From contig CAZDMB010000005.1 in NCBI GenBank assembly GCA_964506175.1, forward strand, positions 1-29,218: a DNA stretch of 29,218 nucleotides, written 5' to 3'. Every line of letters starts with the position of its first letter. The first letter of the stretch is position 1. Below, in pieces: positions 23,258 to 29,218 of this stretch. Below the pieces are notes generated by a model, which did no database searches, had not been told where the DNA came from, and saw only the letters and a program-made list of their open reading frames with translations. Position numbers and translations under genes: made by a program. The DNA comes from an uncultured Planctomycetales bacterium (lineage in GTDB: Bacteria > Planctomycetota > UBA1135).

Positions 23258-25801
23258 ATGCGCGCGCTGGCGATGCTGACCGCCGCCGCCGCGGCCGCCT
23301 GGGCCGCGGCGCAGGAGCCCGCGGCCGCCGGCGCCGGCGAGGAAGGCCTGCGCCTGTTTCGCGAAGTCGTCGCGCCGACCTTCGCCGCGCAGTGCGCCGA
23401 ATGTCATGACGCCGCTCAACACAAAGGCGATCTGATCTTGACGACCCGCGAGGCCTTGGCGGCCGGCGGCGAAAACGGCGATCCGCTAGCGGGCGAGGAC
23501 CCGCTGCTGCTGCGGCTGATCGAGCACCGCGAGAAGCCCTTCATGCCGCGCAAGAAACCCGCGTTGGAGCCCGCGGTCATCGCGGGCATCCGCCGCTGGA
23601 TCGAACTCGGCGCGCCCTACGCGCACCCGATCGAGACGGAGGCGAGGCAGTGGTGGTCCTTCGGGGCGCTGCGCCCGCCGGCCGCGCCCCCCGGCGCCGG
23701 CCACCCGATCGACGCCTTCCTCGGCGCCGCGCCACCGCCCGCCGACCGCGCCACCTTGATCCGCCGTTTGTGGCTCGACCTGCTGGGCTTGTCGCCGACG
23801 CGCGCCGAGGTGGCGGCCTTCGTCGCCGACGCGCGGCCGAACGCCTGGGAGTTGCTGGTGGAGACCGCGCTCGCCAGCCCGCGCTACGGCGAACGCTGGG
23901 GCCGCCACTGGCTCGACGCCGCCCGCTACGCGGACAGCGCCGGCTACGAGTTCGACGTCGAGCGCCCCAACGCCTGGCCGTACCGCGACTTCGTCATCGA
24001 CGCCGTCAACGACGACCTGCCGTGGGACGAGTTCCTGCGCTGGCAACTTGCCGGCGACGAACTGGCGCCCGGCGACGCGCGCGCCGTGGCGGCGACCGGC
24101 TTCCTCGCGGCCGGCCCGCGCGTGGACAACCAGGTGCTCGAGGATCTGCGCTACGACGAGCTCGACGACATGCTGGCCACCACCGGCAGCGCGATGCTCG
24201 GCCTGACGGTGGCCTGCGCCCGCTGCCACGACCACAAGTACGACCCGATTCCGCAGAAGGATTACTACTCGATGCTGGCGGCCTTCACCAGCACGGAATT
24301 CGTGGACGCTCCCTTGCGCGGACAGAGTTCGGCGGCGGAAGTGCTGGCGGCGGCGCGGCGCAGCGCGTGGCGCTACGCCACCGCGGCGCCGCCGGCCGGC
24401 TGGGAGCGCGAAGGTTTCGACGACGGCGCCTGGAGCAGCGGCACGGGAGGCTTCGGCGCGCCGGGCACCCCGGGCGCGGAGCTCGGCACCGAGTGGCATG
24501 GCGCGGACATCTGGCTGCGGCGCAACTTCGCCTGGAAGGAGGCGCCGCTCGGCCTCTGGCTGCACCACGACGAGGACGTCGAAATCTTCCTCAATGGTGA
24601 AAAGATCTTCGCCGAAGCCGGCTTCCTGAAGGAATACGAGTTCGTCGAGCTGCCGGCGGCCAAGCCGCGGCCGAACGCGGACAACCTGCTGGCGGTGCAC
24701 TGCCGCCAGAGCGTCGGCGGCCAGTACGTGGACGTCATTCCGGTGAGCCGCGAGGATTTCGAGCGGGCGCGGCGGCACCTGGGCTCGGTGTTGGCGGTGC
24801 GCGACCGCGGCCCGGAGCCGGCGGAATCCTGGCTGCTCGAACGCGGCAACCCGGGAACCAAGAAGGAGCGCGTGACCCTCGGCTTCCTCACGGCGGTCGG
24901 CGACGGCAGCCGCAGCCCGGCGGACTACCTCGCGGCGGCGCGCGCCGGCTTGCAAGCCCGTGCTCAGGACGGCGCCGCGCCGCGCTCGACCGGCCAGCGC
25001 GCGGCCCTGGCGCTGTGGCTCACCGACGTCGCGCACGGGGCCGGCGCGCTGGCCGCGCGCGTGGCGGTGAACCGGATCTGGCAGCACCATTTCGGGCGAG
25101 GACTGATGGCCACCGCCGGCGACTTCGGCGCGCAGGGCGATCCGCCGGAGCATCCCGAATTGCTGGAGTGGCTGGCCGCCGACTTCGTGCGGCGCGGATG
25201 GTCGGTCAAGGAGATGCACCGCCTGATCCTGACGAGCGCGGCGTGGCGTCAGGCGGGAGCCGGCGCCGGCCCGCGCCGCCTCGAAGGCGAGATCGTCCGC
25301 GACCGCATCCTGCAGACGAGCGGCTGCCTGAACTTGGCGATGGGCGGCCCCGCGGTCCAGCCCTGGATCCACCCCGACGCGATCGCCACCGGCTCGACCA
25401 AGAAGTGGCCCGAAAACGTCGTGGACGGGCCGAACACCTGGCGGCGCAGCGTCTACGTGTTGATCCGGCGCAGCGTGATGTTCCCGATGTTCGAAGTGTT
25501 TGACGGGCCCACCGCGCAGCAGGCGTGCACGCGCCGCAACCTGACCACCACCCCCTTGCAGGCGCTCACGCTGCTCAACGACGCCTTCGTGCGCGACCAG
25601 GCGCGGCGCTTTGCGGCGCGGCTCGAACAGGAGCATCCCGGCGACCGGAGCGCGCAGGTCGAAGCCGCTTTCTGGGATGCGCTGGCGCGCGCGCCGACCG
25701 CGCAGGAACGCGCCGAAGCCCTGGAGTTTCTCGCGCGCAGCCCCCTGGCCGACTTCTGCCAGGTGCTGTTCGCCCTGGACGAGTTCGTGTACGTGGATTA
25801 G
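23258..25801 (+). CDS. Planctomycete cytochrome c + DUF1549 + DUF1553 (PSD1) protein with an inserted galactose-binding-like domain
   Basis: CAECH; WWSF...[68 protein letters not shown] and [15 protein letters not shown] lies 6 nt upstream. Confidence 0.93.
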   Translation: MRALAMLTAAAAAAWAAAQEPAAAGAGEEGLRLFREVVAPTFAAQCAECHDAAQHKGDLILTTREALAAGGENGDPLAGEDPLLLRLIEHREKPFMPRKKPALEPAVIAGIRRWIELGAPYAHPIETEARQWWSFGALRPPAAPPGAGHPIDAFLGAAPPPADRATLIRRLWLDLLGLSPTRAEVAAFVADARPNAWELLVETALASPRYGERWGRHWLDAARYADSAGYEFDVERPNAWPYRDFVIDAVNDDLPWDEFLRWQLAGDELAPGDARAVAATGFLAAGPRVDNQVLEDLRYDELDDMLATTGSAMLGLTVACARCHDHKYDPIPQKDYYSMLAAFTSTEFVDAPLRGQSSAAEVLAAARRSAWRYATAAPPAGWEREGFDDGAWSSGTGGFGAPGTPGAELGTEWHGADIWLRRNFAWKEAPLGLWLHHDEDVEIFLNGEKIFAEAGFLKEYEFVELPAAKPRPNADNLLAVHCRQSVGGQYVDVIPVSREDFERARRHLGSVLAVRDRGPEPAESWLLERGNPGTKKERVTLGFLTAVGDGSRSPADYLAAARAGLQARAQDGAAPRSTGQRAALALWLTDVAHGAGALAARVAVNRIWQHHFGRGLMATAGDFGAQGDPPEHPELLEWLAADFVRRGWSVKEMHRLILTSAAWRQAGAGAGPRRLEGEIVRDRILQTSGCLNLAMGGPAVQPWIHPDAIATGSTKKWPENVVDGPNTWRRSVYVLIRRSVMFPMFEVFDGPTAQQACTRRNLTTTPLQALTLLNDAFVRDQARRFAARLEQEHPGDRSAQVEAAFWDALARAPTAQERAEALEFLARSPLADFCQVLFALDEFVYVD

Positions 25802-27513
25802 GGAAGGATTTCCGTCTGCGCCAGCGTCGAGAGGGTGTGCACCTCGCCCGCGCCGCCGGCGCGCAGCACGACCGCCTTCCAAGTCACCGTCTGTCCCGGC
25901 GCCAGCGGCCAGCGCGTGAGGTCTACGCGAATGCGCGCCGCGCCCGCGGCGTCCAGCGTGCCGCGGAACGCCGGCTGCGCCAGCGTGGCGGTCAGAAGCG
26001 GGCTCGGGCCCAGGTGCGTCTTCCAGCCGTCCACGCGCTCGCCGCCGGCGCCGTCGAAGGCGGTCGAGCCGAGCAGACGGAAGGAAAGGCCGGCGCCGTT
26101 CGGGATCCAGAGCTCGCCGATCAGTTCGCCAGACGCGGGCGACTGCTCCGGCATCGTCAGAGTTGCGGGCGAGAGGATGGCGGCTTGCAGTGGAACCCCG
26201 ATGACCGGCAGGTCCTGGGCGGAGGCGTAGACCTTGTGGGCGATTTCTATGAGTCCGTCTCGGTCCAGGTCACCGACGGCCGTGATGGGAATGCCGACTC
26301 GCATTGACTTCGCATTCAGGCGATCCGCCGACCACGGAAGAAGATCCTCCGGGAACTCTGCTGGCCCCACGAGTTCGCCGGTCGCGCAGCGCACCTCCAT
26401 CACCGGCCAGCGGAAGCCGCGGAAGCCGGGATAAGGCACTTCCACGGGCAAGAATGCCGTCGGACCACTTCCGTGCCGGCTCGGCTGAATCGTCTGCCCG
26501 ACCAGACTCTGACCTTCGCCGAGAAAGCCGGGGGAGTAGTGCTGCTCGCGCGCGCCTAATGGAATGCGCCACAGTTCCGCGCCCGTGGCGCCGCTGTAGG
26601 CCACCCAATCCCGATCGTGCGGCGTCACAATCACGTCTTGCGCCTGGTCGCCGTCGAAGTCGCCGCCCCAGGCCGCGCCGCAGTAGTCGGTCCACGGACC
26701 TGTCTGGTGACGCCAGATCTCGGATCCGTCCACCCCCGACAGGAGAGACACGACCTGCACGTAGCCGCCATTCACCAGGTCGAAGAGCGAAGCGTGGTGA
26801 ATCTGGTCCAGCCAGCCGTCGCCGTTGACGTCGAAAGGGCCGCCCTGGCTGACGAAGACGGCCGCGGTCGGAATCGCCATCGGATACTCCCCGTGCAGCC
26901 AGCGCGGCTGCAGGGTGCGCCCGTCCATCACGCCCACCACGGAGGCGCCGCCGCCATTGGTCTCGAACAGAATGTCGTCGTAACCGTCGCCGTCCACGTC
27001 GCCGGCCGTGCGCAAGGCGCGGAAGGCTCCCAGCGGCGGCCAGTTCGGGTTCGGCGGCGGCGGCACGTCGAAGATGCCGCGCAATGTGCCCGTCGTCCAG
27101 TCCCGCACTGTGATGCTTGGAGCGAGCGTGATGTCCAGGATCGTTGCGCGAATCCCGTCCGGAGCCTTCAGGAGGGCGAGAAGCGGGGCGGTGTAACTAT
27201 TGGCAAAGGGGAATCGAGCGTATTGCGTGGACCTCTGATCCCAGCGAAGAACCCGCGGCTCCTCGCGCCCGAACTGATGCCAGAAGCGGCGCTCGGCGAA
27301 CCCCGTGAGTCCGTCCCACTCATTGGCGTGCCCGAAGAAGGAATGGCGATCGTCTCCCGAGGGAGTACCGAGTGGCCAGAAGGGCGACCAAGCCAGCTCC
27401 CAGCCTGGGGCGGACGGCGCCGCCGAAATCACGTCCTTCACCGCCCATCGAGTCGGACGCAACTCCGGCTCCGAGGCGAGTTGGGAGAGACACAAAAGGG
27501 CAAGGACGGGCAT
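25798..27513 (-). CDS. Secreted FG-GAP/VCBS (integrin alpha-like beta-propeller) repeat protein
   Basis: Ca-binding DxDGDG-type loops AGDVDGDGYDDIL, DVNGDGWLD, GGDFDGDQAQDVI and VGDLDRDGLIEI; short signal peptide; GAGGT Shine-Dalgarno-like sequence upstream; lower GC than its neighbours. Confidence 0.8.
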   Translation of the reverse strand: MPVLALLCLSQLASEPELRPTRWAVKDVISAAPSAPGWELAWSPFWPLGTPSGDDRHSFFGHANEWDGLTGFAERRFWHQFGREEPRVLRWDQRSTQYARFPFANSYTAPLLALLKAPDGIRATILDITLAPSITVRDWTTGTLRGIFDVPPPPNPNWPPLGAFRALRTAGDVDGDGYDDILFETNGGGASVVGVMDGRTLQPRWLHGEYPMAIPTAAVFVSQGGPFDVNGDGWLDQIHHASLFDLVNGGYVQVVSLLSGVDGSEIWRHQTGPWTDYCGAAWGGDFDGDQAQDVIVTPHDRDWVAYSGATGAELWRIPLGAREQHYSPGFLGEGQSLVGQTIQPSRHGSGPTAFLPVEVPYPGFRGFRWPVMEVRCATGELVGPAEFPEDLLPWSADRLNAKSMRVGIPITAVGDLDRDGLIEIAHKVYASAQDLPVIGVPLQAAILSPATLTMPEQSPASGELIGELWIPNGAGLSFRLLGSTAFDGAGGERVDGWKTHLGPSPLLTATLAQPAFRGTLDAAGAARIRVDLTRWPLAPGQTVTWKAVVLRAGGAGEVHTLSTLAQTEILP

Positions 27514-27519
27514 GACCGT

Positions 27520-27958
27520 CTACCTCGGATTCTTCTGATAGGCGCCGATGTCGCGGTCGGTCAGCACTCCGGTCCGCGCAAAGTCCGTGTAATCACGCGC
27601 GGAGTTGGGACCGATGTTCGCGAGGTAGAACTGAGAGGCGAGTAGGCTGGTCCAATTGATCGGGCCAACGAAAGCGGAACTGACGTCAGCTTCCGTGTAG
27701 ACTTGGAAGCCAGGAGTCAATCCGCTCCCGACATACCGGCACGCCTCGACTCCGAGCAGTCCCTGGATGCGGACGACGTCGTTGGGCTGAAGCGCGACCG
27801 CGGCCAGCCGGGCCGTGATGCTCGGATAGGAGCCGGAGATGACGCCGGAGCCGTCCACCACGTAGGTGTTGCCCTGTGCGGGCAGCTCAGGGGCAAGGGA
27901 TAGCCAGGCAGCCAGGCAGCCAGGCAGCCAGGAGAGGGAGACGTGCGAAGGAACGCAT
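27520..27958 (-). pseudogene. Small secreted hypothetical protein, out of frame because of an 8-bp tandem repeat in the signal peptide (possible phase-variable gene)
   Basis: ATG 27958 reads MRSFARLPLLAAWLPGCLAIPCP-stop. Removing two repeat units or adding one joins it to track ORF 27520..27861, giving MRSFARLPLLAAWLSLAPELPA-QGNTYVVDGSG... (140 aa for the two-unit deletion). Confidence 0.7.
27902..27932. repeat. Simple sequence repeat (AGCCAGGC)x3 + AGCCAGG
   Basis: Read directly: a gccaggca gccaggca gccaggca gccagg. Confidence 0.95.
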
Positions 27959-27967
27959 ACGCTCTTG

Positions 27968-27979
27968 AATCTATATCAT
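27968..27979. promoter_or_regulatory. Back-to-back divergent -10 boxes (minus TAGATT 27968-27973; plus TATCAT 27974-27979)
   Basis: AT-rich patch between divergent starts 27958 and 28007, flanked by the direct repeat TGAATC (27966 and 27979). Confidence 0.45.
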
Positions 27980-28006
27980 GAATCCGCAACCGGCAACCGC
28001 GCTCCG

Positions 28007-29218
28007 ATGCCTCCTCCCTGGCATTCCCCCTTCTACGCCGCCTCCCGCCGCGAGTTCCTGCGCCAGGCCGGCAGCGGCTTCGGCCTGCTGGCGCTGGCCG
28101 GGATGCTGCAGCGCCAGCGTCTGCTCGCCCAGGAGCCGGGCGCCGCGCCGGCGCGCGGCCTCGCCGGCCTGCCGCATCATCCGCCGCGCGCCAAGGCGGT
28201 GATCTGGCTCTTCATGTACGGCGGGCCGTCGGCGATCGACACCTTCGACCCGAAGCCCGAACTCGACAAGCACCACGGCGAATCCTGCCCGGCGGACGTC
28301 AAGACCTTCTTCGACGACGGGCGCGGGCCGCTGATGAAGTCGCCCTATGCCTTCCGGCAACACGGCCAGAGCGGCGCCTGGGTCAGCGAGGTGTATCCCG
28401 CGCTCGCCAAGTGCGTGGACGACATCGCCTGGGTCCGCTCCGTGCGCTCGAACAGCAACAATCACGCGCCCGCGCTGCTGGAGATGAACACCGGCCTGAT
28501 TCGCGTGGGCTTCCCGTCCTGCGGCTCGTGGCTGACTTACGGCCTCGGCAGCGAGAACGAAAACCTTCCCGGCTTCGTCGTCATGTACGACCACCGCGGC
28601 GGCCCGATCGGCGGCCCGCAGAACTGGTCCGCCGGCTTCCTGCCGAGCGAGCACCAGGGCACGCCCTTCCGCGCGCAGGGCCAGCCGATCCTCGACCTGG
28701 AGCGGCCGGACGACGTGGACGCGATGCACCAGCGCCGGCAGCTCGACCTGCTCGGCGACTGGAACCGGCGGCACGCCGCGGCCCGCCCCGGCGCGGCCGA
28801 ACTCGACGCCCGCATCCGCTCCTTCGAACTGGCCGCGCGCATGCAATTGGCCGCGCCCGAGGCGATCGACATCGCCGCCGAGAGCGAGGACACGAAACGC
28901 CTCTACGGCCTCGATCGCGACGTCAGCCGCTGGTACGGAACGCAATGCCTGATCGCGCGGCGCCTGGTCGAGCGCGGCGTGCGCTTCATCCAGCTCTACT
29001 CGGCCGGCGGCCACCAGCAGGATTCCTGGGACGCCCACTTCGGGCTGAAGGAGAACCACGATCTGCACTGCCCCGAGACCGACGTGCCGATCGCGGGCCT
29101 GATCACCGACCTCAAGCGCCGCGGCCTCCTCGACTCGACGCTGATCGTGTGGGGCGGCGAGTTAGGCCGCATGCCCATGAGCCAGGGCACGAACGGCGGG
29201 CGCGACCACAATCCGGAG
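28007..29218 (+). CDS. DUF1501 domain protein (sulfatase-like fold, Tat-like signal); 3' end runs off the window
   Basis: Absent from the ORF track (no stop). Manual translation from ATG 28007 gives SRREFLRQAGSGFG, HHPPRAKAVIWLFMYGGPSAIDTFDPKP, NNHAPA, NWSAGFLP, ARRLVERGVRFIQ, WDAH and GGELGRMP. Confidence 0.93.
   Translation, partial: MPPPWHSPFYAASRREFLRQAGSGFGLLALAGMLQRQRLLAQEPGAAPARGLAGLPHHPPRAKAVIWLFMYGGPSAIDTFDPKPELDKHHGESCPADVKTFFDDGRGPLMKSPYAFRQHGQSGAWVSEVYPALAKCVDDIAWVRSVRSNSNNHAPALLEMNTGLIRVGFPSCGSWLTYGLGSENENLPGFVVMYDHRGGPIGGPQNWSAGFLPSEHQGTPFRAQGQPILDLERPDDVDAMHQRRQLDLLGDWNRRHAAARPGAAELDARIRSFELAARMQLAAPEAIDIAAESEDTKRLYGLDRDVSRWYGTQCLIARRLVERGVRFIQLYSAGGHQQDSWDAHFGLKENHDLHCPETDVPIAGLITDLKRRGLLDSTLIVWGGELGRMPMSQGTNGGRDHNPE

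Noticed and set aside
25790-27990. IS or integrative element boundaries around the inverted cassette
   Set aside because: No transposase or integrase, terminal inverted repeats, tRNA or target-site duplication could be identified by eye.
27978-28202. 74-aa ORF at the start of the DUF1501 region
   Set aside because: Wrong frame; the DUF1501 frame begins at ATG 28007.

Overview
Very GC-rich DNA (sampled 60-nt lines are mostly 70-80% GC), almost certainly from a Planctomycetota-type genome, given the DUF1549/DUF1553, DUF1501, planctomycete cytochrome c and ThuA-like genes. From left to right: (1) a minus-strand carbohydrate/redox cluster with a GH78 rhamnosidase (cut by the window edge), a ThuA-like protein, an interrupted beta-propeller gene and a 5-haem cytochrome c; (2) a five-gene sulfane-sulfur operon (exported CstB-like persulfide dioxygenase-rhodanese, two YeeE/YedE transporters, a triple rhodanese, ArsR); (3) ordinary SDR/DUF2867, M28 peptidase and SDR genes; (4) an SNF2/YqhH-like pseudo-helicase with eroded ATPase motifs, probably one gene (via a 2-nt frameshift) with 39 exact-period 15-aa C-x-x-[ST]-G repeats; (5) a di-haem peroxidase lipoprotein, followed by a gene the ORF track truncates, which reads as an outer-membrane beta-barrel with two in-frame TGA codons in a U-P-V-U (UxxU) motif and a SECIS-like hairpin, i.e. 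a candidate double-selenocysteine protein; (6) a DUF1553 gene and a DUF1501 gene split by an inverted, lower-GC two-gene cassette whose first gene is frameshifted by an 8-bp tandem repeat in its signal peptide. Many genes have a TAnnnT -10 box 5-9 nt before the start codon, which suggests leaderless mRNAs. I saw no rRNA, tRNA, CRISPR array, transposase or integrase. Three frame breaks in 29 kb mean assembly error must be excluded before the frameshifts are interpreted biologically. Family assignments come from motif recognition, not database searches.
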